From: Octopus vulgaris
Taxonomy: Eukaryota
Length of the DNA stretch: 64,000 bases
Direction of reading: 5' to 3'
Assembly: GCA_951406725.2 (NCBI GenBank)
Contig: OX597816.1
Location: 68,200,001 to 68,264,000 of the forward strand
Position 1 is the stretch's first letter. Each line of letters opens with the position of its first letter. Made by a program: the position numbers and the translations under genes. Shown here in pieces: positions 15,161 to 27,381 of the stretch. The notes beneath the pieces are model-generated. The model made no database searches. It was not told the DNA's origin and saw only the letters and a program-made list of their open reading frames with translations.

Positions 15161-15452
15161 CAACAATTGAGGGTAAAATTAATTAGTTATTAATCAATTT
15201 CACCAAGTATTCAGTATGTAAAAGGACCATTTAAGGCGAATTCAAAATATTACATTATATAAATAGGGCTTAGTAAAATAAATTACTTTGCCACATACTG
15301 AACTTGCTAGAAATAGCAGCCAAAAAAAAAAAAAAAATTTTTTTTGCCATTTCCACTACTTAAAGAAAATTTCTCTCAGATAATGTTTACTCAAAATAAC
15401 TCACGAAGGTATGGAGGTAAAAACAGAAAAATATCACAAATACAAAGATTAT

Positions 15453-15513
15453 TTGAGAACGTTAACGTTTCTAGATTAGCCAAATAAACTCAGCATTTCT
15501 TTCGTCAGCTCAA
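15453..15513 (-). ncRNA. Minimal type-I hammerhead ribozyme, copy 1
   Basis: Minus: ttgag-CTGACGA-a agaaatgctgagtttatttggctaatct a-GAAA-cgttaacg-TT-ctcaa. Perfect 5-bp helix I, canonical core, palindromic helix III; the base of helix II is imperfect. Confidence 0.7.
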
Positions 15514-16022
15514 CATTTCTTATTTTGGATTTGGAAGCACTAAAAAGAAAGAACATACCCTTTGGCGACTTATCACCTCAGATGACCCGTTCAGACTGCC
15601 AGTACCAACAAATTCAAAATGTGCAAGCGAAGATTCCCTGCTCTCCCCTTCCACCCACGTGGGTTATCTAGCAAACATTATATTTTAACGGTGAGAACCG
15701 AGGCAATATGACAGAGAGAAATGAATTATAATATCAACAATTGAGGGTAAAATTAATTAGTTATTAATCAATTTCACCAAGTATTCAGTAAGTAAAAGGA
15801 CCATTTAAGGCGAATTCAAAATATTACATTATATAATTAGGGCTTAGTAAAATAAATTACTTTGCCACATACTGAACTTGCTAGAAATAGCAGCCAAAAA
15901 AAAAAAAGTTTTTTTGCCATTTCCACTACTTAAAAAAAATTTCTCTCTGATAATGTTTACTCAAAATAACTCACGAAGGTATGGAGGTAAAAACAGAAAA
16001 ATATCACAAGTACAAAGATTAT

Positions 16023-16083
16023 TTGAGAACGTTAACGTTTCTAGATTAGCCAAATAAACTCAGCATTTCTTTCGTCAGCTCAA
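16023..16083 (-). ncRNA. Minimal type-I hammerhead ribozyme, copy 2
   Basis: Same sequence as 15453-15513, offset by 570 nt. Confidence 0.7.
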
Positions 16084-16165
16084 CATTTCTTATTTTGGAT
16101 TTGGAAGCACTAAAAAGAAAGAACATACCCTTTGGCGACTTAAGAAATGCTGACGAAAAGAAATG

Positions 16166-16221
16166 CTGACGAAAGAAATGCTGAGTTTATTTGGCTAATC
16201 TAGAAACGTTAACGTTCTCAA
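16166..16221 (+). ncRNA. Hammerhead motif, inverted copy lacking the 5' strand of helix I
   Basis: CTGACGA...GAAAcgttaacgTTctcaa, preceded by a duplicated aagaaatgctgacga junction instead of ttgag. Confidence 0.5.
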
Positions 16222-16422
16222 ATAATCTTTGTACTTGTGATATTTTTCTGTTTTTACCTCCATACCTTCGTGAGTTATTTTGAGTAAACATTATCTGAGA
16301 GAAATTTTCTTTAAGTAGTGGAAATGGCAAAAAAACTTTTTTTTTTTTTTTTTGGCTGCTATTTCTAGCAAGTTCAGTATGTGGGAAAGTAATTTATTTT
16401 ACTAAGCCCTAATTATATAATG

Positions 16423-16463
<41 letters not shown>

Positions 16464-16510
16464 CATGTTTGTATATATATATATATATGTATATAATATA
16501 TATATATATC

Positions 16511-16705
16511 AGGCGCAGGAGTGCCAGTGTAGTAAGCTGTTTGCTAACCAACCACATGGTTCCGGATTCATTCCCACTGCGTGACACCTTGGGTAAATGT
16601 CTTCTATTATAGCCTCGGGTCGACCAAAGCCTTGTGAATGGATTTGGTAGACGGAAACAGAAAGAAGCCCGTCGTATATATGTATATATAATTATATGTA
16701 TATGT

Positions 16706-16752
<47 letters not shown>

Positions 16753-16780
16753 TGTATATATATGTATATACATGTCTGTA

Positions 16781-16836
<56 letters not shown>

Positions 16837-16963
16837 CGCAGGAGTGCCTGTGTAGTAAGCAGTTTGCTAACCAACCACATGGTTCCGGGTTCATTAACAC
16901 TGCGTGGCACCTTGGGCAAATGTCTTCTACTATAGCCTCGGGTCGACCAAAGCCGAGGCTATA

Positions 16964-17003
<40 letters not shown>

Positions 17004-17016
17004 TTGTGTTTGTGTG
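16511..17016 (+). mobile_element. Two tandem SINE family A heads; the second is interrupted by the LINE
   Basis: ggcgcaggagtg heads at about 16511 and 16834; the body resumes at 20081. Confidence 0.8.
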
Positions 17017-20000
17017 ATACTTTGATACTTTGATAGGTTTCGGCCATTATTGGCCCAGGCCATGTCTAACTTAATAGCACCACCTGGTGAAGTCTTTCAA
17101 GTCAGAATTTGGGCACTATGGCCCACTCAAGTAGAGAGTTATTGTTTACAGAGACATATCCGGGTGTAGGGGGTTTATCCGGGATTTCTTGAAGGAATCT
17201 GTCCAAAGACTTCTTGAACCCTATAGGGTCAGTTTCTGTTTTAATGTGTTTTGGTGTAATGTTAAAGAGAGCGGAGCCAATTGAGGTGAAATAATTGTGC
17301 CGTATTGTTGTTATGAGATGAGAGTGCGATTTTTGTTTTGGGCGGATGGCACGGGACCCAAGCCTTGGATGTACCTTAAAGGTGATGCCAACATCATTTG
17401 GGCAATGCTGATGGAATATTTTCCACATCATGCAGATGATGTAGCGCTCACGACGACGTTGGAGAGAATAAAGTTTTAGCTTTTCTAGTCGACCCCTGTT
17501 ATGTCGAGGCCTGTTATGCCATCTATCTTTCTTGTGATTGCCCTTTGAGGTGCTTCAACTTTTATGATACTTTGTATTGTGTGGGGAAACCACAGTGGAC
17601 AACAGTATTCAAGGTGGGGTCGGGCAAAAGTGGAGAAGAGAAGGATAATGGTGAGGATATCTCTCGACTGGAAAGTTCTGAGAATCCAGGAACACATTCT
17701 GCGGGCCATGTCAACTTTGGTGTTTATATGAGTGGCCCAGCTTATGTTGTTGTCCACAATTACTCCCAAGTCTCTGATGTTGTTGGACGCCGCGAGAGTT
17801 TCACCTGAAGGAAGGGAGTATGGGAGTTTCAGGGCATCCTCTTTTCCAAAGTGGATTAACTCAAATTTATCCTCGTTCAGCAGCATATTGTTTTTTTCTG
17901 CCCATTGGATAACAGCCAGTAGATCTGACTGAAGGCATGTCCGGTCACTCGCCTCATTTATGACCTTCTGTAGCTTGGAATCATCTGCAAAGATTTTTAT
18001 GTTGCTGTGCTTGATGATGTCATTGATGTCATTAATGTAGATGATGAAAAGAAGTGGGCCCAGCACAGTGCCTTGCGGAACGCCACTACTGACTTTGGCT
18101 GGGCTTGATTTTACCCCTTCAACTACAACATGTTGAGATCTGTCTGTCAGGAAACACTTGATCCATTTCAGTAACTTTCCAGAGACACCAATGTTGGCTA
18201 GTTTTTTCAATAGGATCTTGTGATCGACCCTGTCGAAGGCCTTACTGAAATCAAGGTAGATGACATCGGTGTTGGAGCCCTCTCCCAAGGCTCTCAAAAT
18301 GTCATCAAAGTGATGCAGGAGCTGCGTTAGGCAGTCCCTTCCATTACGGAACCCATGTTGGTTAGAGATCAGCCGTCTGTTGCTTTCCAGAAATTGGGTT
18401 ATTCGAGATCTCACCACCCTCTCAAATACCTTGATGATATGAGAGGTGAGTGAGATCGGACGGTAGTTCACTGCAAGGAACTTGTTTCCCTTTTTGAAAA
18501 CTGGGACAACAGACTGGGACAGAAGGTTTTTTGGAATATAGCCAGCATCCAGTGAGTTTCTCCACAGATTAGCAAGGGGAGATGTAAGTTGGTGTCGACA
18601 CACCTTCAGGACACAAGCAGGGAACCTATCGGGGCCTACTGCTGAATTGTGTTTTATTTCATTTATCGCCGCTAAGACATCAGGGGCACTAAACGTTATG
18701 TCCGATATAGTGTGTTGGGGGTTGACATCACTGATACAGCCCAGATCGGCCATATCAGGATTGCTGAAAACAGAGCAGTATTGTTTCTGCAGTATCTCGG
18801 CCATGGATTTGGCATTATCTTGGAGAGTGCCAGTTTCATCAATTAGAGGGCCAACAATGGAGACAGTGACCCTGCGTTTCCTCGCAAATGAAAAGAACAC
18901 TTTGGGGTTGAGTTTGATTTTTTCAATGGCCCACTTCTCCTCAGCTGATCTTTGGTTATTGATGAGGGTCTTCATGCATTGTTGGAGGTTATATTTTTTG
19001 GATTCAAGCAGTGCGATAGCCGTCGAATGTGTGTGTTGCTGTTGGCAGTACTTTAGTTTGTTAATTTTTTTGTTTGTTCTTTTTATTTTTCTGATAATAG
19101 TTTTTCTGTTTTGGGGGATTCTGCACTTTTTGTTCACAGGTCTTGGTGGGGAGTGTTTTGCACATATGTCTGTGACGGTGTCTACAAAGATCTGCCAAGA
19201 TGTTTTATTGTTGGTGGAGATGTGTGTATGTGTAAAGGACCAGTCAACATGTGATAGCTCGTTCCTGATTGCATCCCAGTTGGCATTATGGAGATCCATG
19301 TTATCAAATGGGTGGGCTGGAGGGAGGTCACTAGGATTAGCTTTCGGCTGGTGGAATTTCATGTTACAGAGAACCATGTCATGGTCTGAAAGAAGGGTTT
19401 TTCCCACTGTAACGTTATGTATAGTGTTAGTGTGGTTACTAAACACTAGGTCCAAAATGTTCTTCTGATGTCTTGTTGGTGCAAGGACAAGTTGGGACAA
19501 GGAAAACTCATTCGTAAAGTCGAAAAGTGACTCTGCTGCTTCTTTGTCAGCGGTTGAGGCGGGAGTGCTTGGTTTCAAACAGTTTGTAGTCCAGTCAACA
19601 CAGGGTAGATTGAAGTCTCCCATCATGAGTAGGTTGCTAGAATGGCACTGTTGAATAAAGCACTTAATGCTGTTGAGGCATTCTTTAAAGCACAGTATGG
19701 GTGTTTGGGGCGGCCTATAGAGCCCAATTACTGTCAGGTCATTGGCTTTGTTGTGCACGGTGACTGATTCACAGTAGCCGTTGGAGAATATACTATTTCC
19801 ATCTGCCGTAAACGAATCATGCAGGAAAATGGCAGTTCCACCCTTCCTTCTGCCGATACGATCCGCGCGGATGGTTGTGAAATTCTTCACTCTCACTTCG
19901 GCTTCCAAGTGGGAGTTGTCAAGGTGGGTCTCAGTGAGAATGAAGAAAGGGATGTGGTGTGGATGGTTACCAACCCAGTCTTCAATGAATTGGACCTTCC

Positions 20001-20080
20001 ATTTTTGTGCATTGATGGAAGGGCTGACACCTTGTGCATTGAGTAGAAAAGTGGAGGTTAGTGTAGTGGCTGGTTTTGAC
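17017..20080 (-). mobile_element. CR1-like LINE, 5'-truncated (ORF2 only: APE endonuclease + reverse transcriptase), nested in a SINE
   Basis: ORF 17485..20118 has APE motifs (LNAQG, LTETHL, GLYRPP, MGDFN, LDLVF, SDH) and RT motifs (YRPISLTS, LDFSKAFD, GVPQGTVLGP, FADD). The C-terminus continues in 17102..~17490 after one frameshift. (ATCAAAGT)n tail; tgtgtg target duplication at 17011-17016 and 20081-20086. Confidence 0.93.
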
Positions 20081-20262
20081 TGTGTGTCTGTGGTTGTCCC
20101 CCCAACATTGCTTGACAACCGATGATGGTGTGTTTACGTCCCCGTAAAAAGAGACCGATAGAATAAATACTAGGCTTACAAAGAATAAGTCCTGGGGTCG
20201 ATTTGCTCGACCAAAGACGGTGCTCCAGCATGGCCACAAATGACTGAAACAAGTAAAAGAGT
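20081..20262 (+). mobile_element. SINE family A 3' half, downstream of the nested LINE
   Basis: tgtccccccaacattgcttgacaacc...gactgaaacaagtaaaagag continues the copy broken at 17016. Confidence 0.85.
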
Positions 20263-20280
20263 ATATATATATATATATAT

Positions 20281-20572
20281 ATCACGTGATCACGTGACCG
20301 ACCAGACCATCAGATGTTTTACACATCGCTGGTCACAATGCGTTCGCATTGTTTTAGCCTTCGAATGACGCCACCCCGCTGGCTAAGCGAGCAGGCCAAC
20401 AGAAGAAAGAGAGAGAGAGAGTAGTGAAAGAGTACAGCAGGGATCACCACCCCCTGCCGGAGCCTCGTGGAGCTTTTAGGTGTTTTCGCTTAATAAACAC
20501 TCACAACGCCCGGTCTGGGAATCGAAACCGCGATCCTTCGACCGCGAGTCCGCTGCCCTAACCACTAGGCCA
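20281..20572 (-). mobile_element. SINE family C variant with a third tail type
   Basis: Family C head on minus; tail shared with 56200-56320. Confidence 0.8.
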
Positions 20573-20690
<118 letters not shown>

Positions 20691-20769
20691 TTATATACAC
20701 GCATACACACATACATATAATATATGTGAGCTGGGCGTTGGCATGAGCAATGCTGCATCTTACCTGATG

Positions 20770-21485
20770 CATATTACCAATTTGGTAACAAAATGCCGAC
20801 GGCGAGCTGGATGGATATTCCGAACTTTCAAAACGAGAGAAAAGGAGACAATGATGGTCCTTTAGAGAGCATACGCTTTCAGCCGCTTAGAATGCTTCTC
20901 CCAACTATGGTCACCACACAATATAAAATTAACGGCGGAACTCGAAGCAATCAAACGGAGCTACACAAAGAAAATCGTCTCAGGTACGTATCAGGTACTG
21001 GGAAAGACTGAAAGAATTAAAACTCTTTTCCCTAGAACGAAGGCGGGAAAGATATGCAGTGATACACATCTGGAAAAACCTGGAAGTCCTTGTACCGAAC
21101 TTTGGCCTTGAAAGTTACACAAACAGCAGAACGGGGTACCACTGCATAGTGCCAAAGATTTCAACATCACCATCAAAATACAGGTTCAGAAACTGCAATA
21201 GCTTGGGTTTTAGGGGCCCACAACTCTTCAATATCCTTCCAAATTGCCCGAGAGACCTGTATAGTGTGGATGGAGGCCTCTTCAAAACAAAACTAGATCT
21301 CCTCCAGCAAAGGTTTTCAGATGAGCCTACCTCACGACAGAAAACACAGAGGAGGCAGCAGCATCAAACGCCCTCATTCACCAAATGTCACATATCAGAA
21401 GAGGTTTCAAATAATGGTGTAGCGCAGCGAACGGTGGTGCTCCAGCTGACCACAGCATTAAAGCTGAGACAATTTAAAGATTTAA
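20770..21485 (+). mobile_element. Degenerate 3' fragment of a CR1-like LINE
   Basis: Translation IHIWKNLEVLVPNFG...NSLGFRGPQLFNILP...FKTKLD resembles the ORF2 C-terminus of the 17-20 kb LINE. Confidence 0.7.
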
Positions 21486-21578
21486 GGTATATATATTGTA
21501 TATACTATATATATATATATATATCTGTATGTTTATAAATATATACTTACATACATTTACATATACATATGCATACGT

Positions 21579-21612
<34 letters not shown>

Positions 21613-21636
21613 GTAAGTATGTATCATGAGTCGCCA

Positions 21637-21825
21637 TGATAGATCGTTAGCCACTACACACATTTTCTCTCTCCTTTTATCTCTCCTTGTTTTTTTCTGT
21701 GTCCCTTTCTGTAGAAGACCGTAGGATCGAAACGTAAAAGACTTCTATTCCTGAGCGTTATACTAATACATCTGTTTGTTTTGCACACCACATGTCTTCG
21801 TCTTTTGTCTATTTTCGTAAACTCT

Positions 21826-21830
<5 letters not shown>
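21637..21830 (+). mobile_element. Short dispersed repeat with hammerhead-like fold, copy 1
   Basis: About 190 bp highly similar to 48563-48760; cttt-CTGTAGA-a-gaccgtaggatc-GAAA-cg-TA-aaag at 21705-21740. Confidence 0.6.
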
Positions 21831-21867
<37 letters not shown>

Positions 21868-21937
21868 ACACATATATATGTATATCAATAATTGCATTGA
21901 TCTCTTAAAGAGATTTTAGAACTAGCATTTTTCCTTG

Positions 21938-22000
<63 letters not shown>

Positions 22001-22057
22001 ATCGTTTGTAAAAAATATAAATCCGAAAGAAGAAGCACACTCTAAGATGTAAAGCAG

Positions 22058-22172
22058 TATATATTAAAAATAGGGAGAGCCGGTTTATAGGATTACCCAT
22101 AAAGTTAAACCCTTTATGAACGGGAAACCTAAAGTAATCCCATAAACCAGCCCTTCCCATTTTTAATATATA
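22058..22172. repeat. Short imperfect inverted repeat, MITE-like
   Basis: atatattaaaaatagggagagccggtttataggattac pairs with gtaatcccataaaccagcccttcccatttttaatatat. Confidence 0.6.
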
Positions 22173-23379
22173 TATATATATTCACAATATTTTTCATCTT
22201 TTTGGATAATGGTTTTTCTATTTTAGTTTCAAGTCAACCGTCACCAAGCATTTTCCCCCACAATGAAAATCATCCAAGCTGTGATCATTCAGGCATATAG
22301 CATAACTCTCGCTCAATATTTTCCAATGTTTCATCTCAATTTTAAAGCAATATCATATATATTTGAGGAAGATTTGATTGCTAGGTTTAGAAGATTGAGC
22401 AGCCAAGTAGATGCTTCCTCAATGATTGCGAACCTCTTGTAAATTCTGCCTGTTATTAATAGCGGAATCTATTGAAACTAATAATTTAATAATCTTTTTC
22501 ACGCTATAATAACTGCCGCCCAGTATCAACGTAAAGAAAATCATTATTATTGCGAAGCTACGATTAAATAAACGACACAAGACTTGGTACAACGCTGTGA
22601 ATACACATATATTCATTAAATAATTATAATGATTCGTGACAAGTAACCATTCGGTTCATACTGAAGAACTTGTTATATGAATACACTTACACACACACCT
22701 ATATCAGAATGTGTGTATATATTCTTGTGTGTATTCATGTTTGTAATTTATAGACTTAGAACAGCTTCGCTTTCAAACATGTCTTAAAGGCACGAGCGCG
22801 GTTGAGTTTGATCGTCTTCGTTAAAGGTTGTTTCAACACTTCCTTAATCCATTGATATCCCCGGGCAGTCATATTTCTATGGCATGCTTTCGAGCGCTTT
22901 TGCAAAGGTTGTTGGGTTTGATGGTGAATTTCTTTTAATAATCCGATGGTTAAATCCAGCAGTTTTGCTTGTTGTGTATATTGATTGTGGCTAATCAAAT
23001 GATCGCACCAATTATCAAAGTGCCGTGAAAATATGTGAAACAGTGAAGAAATCTAGAACGTAATAAGATCCTAATAAGATCCAACTTTACAATGATAACA
23101 CATTTGTGTCTTGACCCGTACGTAAGTATGTTTGTATGTATGTATGTATGTATGTATGTATGTATGTATGTATGTATGTATGTATGTATGTATGTATGTA
23201 TGTATGTATGTCTCTTCTATTTATTAATCTTTATAAATCTTCCACCGAAGAGGGAGCCAGTTTCCAACAAAGATACAAGGCTGCATCTTTGGGATGTAGT
23301 TAACACAGACAAATTCACATTTGGAACTTGAGAAAAGTCTTGCATATTTTTACTGTTCCACTCACAATATGCATGTATG

Positions 23380-23413
<34 letters not shown>

Positions 23414-23527
23414 TGTATGTATGTATGTATGTATGTATGTATGTATGTATGCATACATGTATGTATATATATATGTATGTATGTACGTATTTATGTATGT
23501 ATGTATGTATGTATGTATGTATGTATG

Positions 23528-23918
23528 TAGGAACTCTTGAGAGTCAACGGCCATCCAATAAATGTCTTAAGGCTGGATCATGCCCGGGGACATAGAAATA
23601 ATCGGACTGAATACCCGATCGCGCAGTTAAACCATTGGGAGTGAAGGTCTCCTAGCCTTTGTTAGGGCATCCTTCTAGGAGAAGGTAACTCAGGTAACTG
23701 GGATAACTCCGATATAAAACCTGCGGCTCAGTGGTTACCGATGATGTTGACTTGTTCTTCTTTTCGGATTATGGCTGCTGTTGCTTAGTGAGTGGGATTG
23801 ACTCAGTGCATAGCCTTTCCCCACTTAAAAAAAATCTTCTTGCACAGGCATTGCACGATAACAACATTGATTAAGCTTCGTGCAATGGCCATACTCCATA
23901 ACGAGGGGGCAGCCACCA
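23528..23918 (+). mobile_element. Short element with RTE-5'UTR-like sequence inserted in a (TATG)n tract
   Basis: agggcatccttctaggagaaggtaactc...taaaacct resembles RTE leaders (recalled similarity); (TATG)n on both sides. Confidence 0.4.
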
Positions 23919-24934
23919 TGTATGTATGTATGTATGTATGTATGTATGTATGTATGTATGTATGTATGTATGTATGTATGTTTGTATGTAGGCATGTATG
24001 TGTGTATGTATGTATGTGTGTGTGTTTGTATATATGTATTTATTTTTGGAGATATATATCAGGCAAGGCTAACGTTTTCGAGAAGTGGGTCGCATGATGT
24101 ATAATCAATCATCTGGCAGGCCGCGCTGCCAAAATAATTCAAGGTGATTTTTCGTTGGCGTGCCACTCATTAGCGGGCCGCAGGTTGCCGATTTCCATCT
24201 ATATAGAAATCTGTGGGAGATAAAATAAATAATAAAGAAAATGAAACAGCGGAGATGAAAAGAAGTAAAAAGATTAGTGATAAAATATACAAGGAATATA
24301 ATAAAGAGAAAAAGAGGAAGAGATGAGGGGGAAAGAATGAAAAAGAGTGAAAAAAAGGGAAAGGGAGAGGCAGGGAATAGAATACAAGAAAGAGAAGGGG
24401 GCGTAGTGAGGATGAGAGAGTGAGGACAAGGGGACGAAGTATAGAAAAGGAGAGCAGAGGAAAGTTAAAAGAGACGGAAAAAGGAATGGATGAATTTAGA
24501 GGGGAGAGGATCGGAAGAATGTGCGTGGGCGGGACTATGCATTTCTGTATAATGTGCTATATTTGTAGATGTGTTTGAGTGTGCGCGCACACACTCACAC
24601 ACATACACACATACACACACAAACACATACAGGTACATGGGTGTGTGCGATATACGCGTGAGTGTATGCGTGCGTGCATGTATGTGTGAGAGTGTGAGCG
24701 AGTGTGTGCGTATGCGTGCTTAACTGAGGGCGAGAAAAATATTCCCCTCATTCCAATGTAACATGTACAACAGCTGGACACTATGAAAGAGACCATGTGG
24801 TAAAAAGTCACGTGACTACACTAATCACCACCCCCGCTCTCTTTACACTCACGTAAATACATACATACATTACACTTTTTTCTCTCTCTTTGTCTCTCTC
24901 TCTCTGTCTCTCTCTCTCCCTCTTTATATAAATA

Positions 24935-26392
24935 CTAGCTTAAAAGCCGCAGTCCGTGCGGATTTTTAAGCTAGTCTCTGTGGAGGGCCAACTGGGCCAG
25001 GGGCCCAACACTAAAGAGAGCAATAACACTATAGTATTTATTAGTGTCCTACCATCTCAGATTTTTATCACAGAGTATCACATTTGGAGAATTTTGTATT
25101 ATTGTGACATTTGGACATTACTGTAAAGCAGCAGAATAAACAATATTCTTGGTTTTATCATTTGGTGTGAGTATGAAGAGATTGTTGCCATTTCCAACTC
25201 TGGAACAACCAGCATAGAGGTGACCATGGGAAAAGCATTGCTGCATGAGGTTGAAGTCCAACAATTTCCAGTGATTGTCCTTCACTCTTGTTAATCGACA
25301 TTGCAAAACTAACTCATACTGGAAATTGCTGTCTCTTGAATTCAAAGGACATGTCTGCTGGAATCAGTGGAATTCTTGGAATAAACACATTTTCTCTCTT
25401 TCCTTGTCCAGTGAGGATTGTTGCTTCCAAAAGATGTGGAAACATTTGCCTGACAATCAGTCTTGTTCTATTGCACAGCTTTGGACGATCCATATTTCTT
25501 AAAGCATGATCAGAACTCCTTTCTTCAAAGTCAGTTTGTGAGAAAGCATTCAAGGAAGATCTAAAAGGCTTAAGTAACTCAGTAGGATAATTCACAGCCT
25601 CATTGGGGTTCACAACATTATCAATTGAGAAATAATTTTTTTCATCAGTATTGATTGCATACGTTTTTAATTGATAACGTGGATAGTTTCATTCTTTGGT
25701 GCAAGTATGACTCTTTCACAAAGCGAATTGTGATTTTGAAAATTATGTCCAATGTTTGGATAAATCTTGGTAATCAAATCTTCTATAGTTTTGACCAAAA
25801 TGTCACAGCCATTTGGAAAAGTGATGTCTCCATTACTGTCTTGCTGAATGCTTCCATTTCTCAAATCCAGCAGCTGAGGTGCAAATCTTCCAGCATTCAA
25901 ATCTCTGAATAAACTGACTCCGCCGAAAGTCCGATCCGGCCGGAAGTTCGATCAGGCTGAATGTCCGATTCGGGTCGAAAGTTCGAGTTCTTCATTATTT
26001 CCTTCCGAGCCCTTCAATTCATAAACTTCGCAGAACTTCGAAACCTCACGAACACGAAATCTCTCACTCTAGTTTGGATCTGGTTTTAAATAAACTGAAA
26101 TTTAGATATCTTTTAAATTCAAGAAGTTTTGCTATTACTTTAAATTCAGTTTAAATGAAAACATTCGAAGTTCTTTCAAAATTTGAATTTTCAACTGTTA
26201 GCGTGTAAAAAATCCTCATCCAGACCTGACCCCAATGCTGGATGTTCAAGAACAAAATGAAGAATCGATTTTCAATCTCGGGATCATCCTGATTCCAAAA
26301 ATATATAATATGTCTATGTAAAGCAAATGTAGACAGAGATACAGGGGTTCCAGACGGACGGGCAGACAAAATTTCGCGTTTATTATATTAGA
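24935..26392 (-). mobile_element. Non-autonomous Helitron with both termini and a decayed Pif1-type helicase segment
   Basis: Minus strand starts A|TCTAATATAATAAA at 26392 and ends with hairpin ccgcacggactgcgg plus CTAG|T at 24935. Internal fragments RVILAPKN, LRNMDRPKLCN.TRL, VFIPRIPLIP, FKRQQFPV, CFSHGHLYAGCSRVG. Confidence 0.9.
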
Positions 26393-26437
26393 TATATTAT
26401 TTGATAAATGTCATATACGAAACTCATGGCCCTTTTG

Positions 26438-26530
<93 letters not shown>

Positions 26531-26569
26531 ACTGATAGATAAATTTGTATGTACATATATATATATATG

Positions 26570-27381
26570 ATGATGGAAGATCAATTTGTCCGAAAAAGCA
26601 AAAGAAATCAGTACATCAGATCTAAAAGGCTCTTAAACAAACTGAAAAATCCAGCAGAAGATTTGATTTGTTTTTTCTTAAACGAGAAAATTTTCGACTA
26701 AGATCAAAAAGTTAACAGAAGAAATGACAGATGGTTATGTGCAGACCCTTCTGAAGATCCAAGTGTTATGCATACAGAATTTCCCGAAACTGTCATGGTT
26801 TTAGGGTTTCTCAGCAATGAAGGACATGTAATGCCTCCTTACTTTTTTCCATAAGGCGTTAGAGTTAACTCTGCCGCCTACATTGAGGTTCTGGAAATAA
26901 TGGTTAAGCTCTGGATAGACAGTGTGTGCAATGGAAGGCCATATGTGTTTCAGTAGGACTTTGCACTATCACACATGACTCTAGTAACACAGGAATGGAT
27001 GGATGAAAATTTTCATGATCACATAACCCCTAACATTTGGCCTCCCAATTTCCCAGATCTCAATCCATTGGACTATCATATGTGGAGCGTTGTTGAGAAA
27101 GAGGTCAATGAACACGCCCGTAACACCAAAGATTCTTTGAAAGCTGCCATAGTCAGAGTAATGTCCAAAATGAACCAGGACCACTTCATTTGAGCATGTA
27201 GGTGATTTAGATCTCATATCGAAGCAGTTGTTGAAGTCGAAAGTGGCTTTATTGAACAAGATTACAGAAAAGAAGGTTTATTTTTATCCTCATAGCATTT
27301 TTTGATAAATAAAGTTATTTTCTGTTATTATATATGTTTTTTTTATAAACAGATCTGTCCTCAAATATCTTACGTACCCTG
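26570..27381 (+). mobile_element. Tc1/mariner maT (DD37D) transposon, 3' part, pseudogenised
   Basis: Translation ...GRPYVFQ*DFALSH...WPPNFPDLNPLDY with 37 residues counted between the second and third catalytic Asp. In-frame stops. 3' TIR-like end ...tacgtaccctg followed by TA. Confidence 0.85.

Larger units (their letters stand above)
14658..16423. mobile_element. Penelope-type/retrozyme-like repeat complex: palindrome, two direct repeats and an inverted partial copy
   Basis: Direct repeats 15157-15572 and 15731-16142; inverted copies 14658-14740 and 16165-16423; no coding capacity; hammerhead motif in each long copy. Confidence 0.75.

Noticed and set aside
18647-19468. 273-aa plus-strand ORF
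   Set aside because: Antisense shadow of the LINE ORF2 with no independent motifs.
20081-20118. Apparent N-terminus MSSNVGGTTTDT of the 877-aa ORF
   Set aside because: TTG start inside the flanking SINE read antisense; not part of the LINE.
24806-24817. Perfect palindrome agtcacgtgact (E-box/CLEAR-like)
   Set aside because: Single isolated motif with no nearby gene start.
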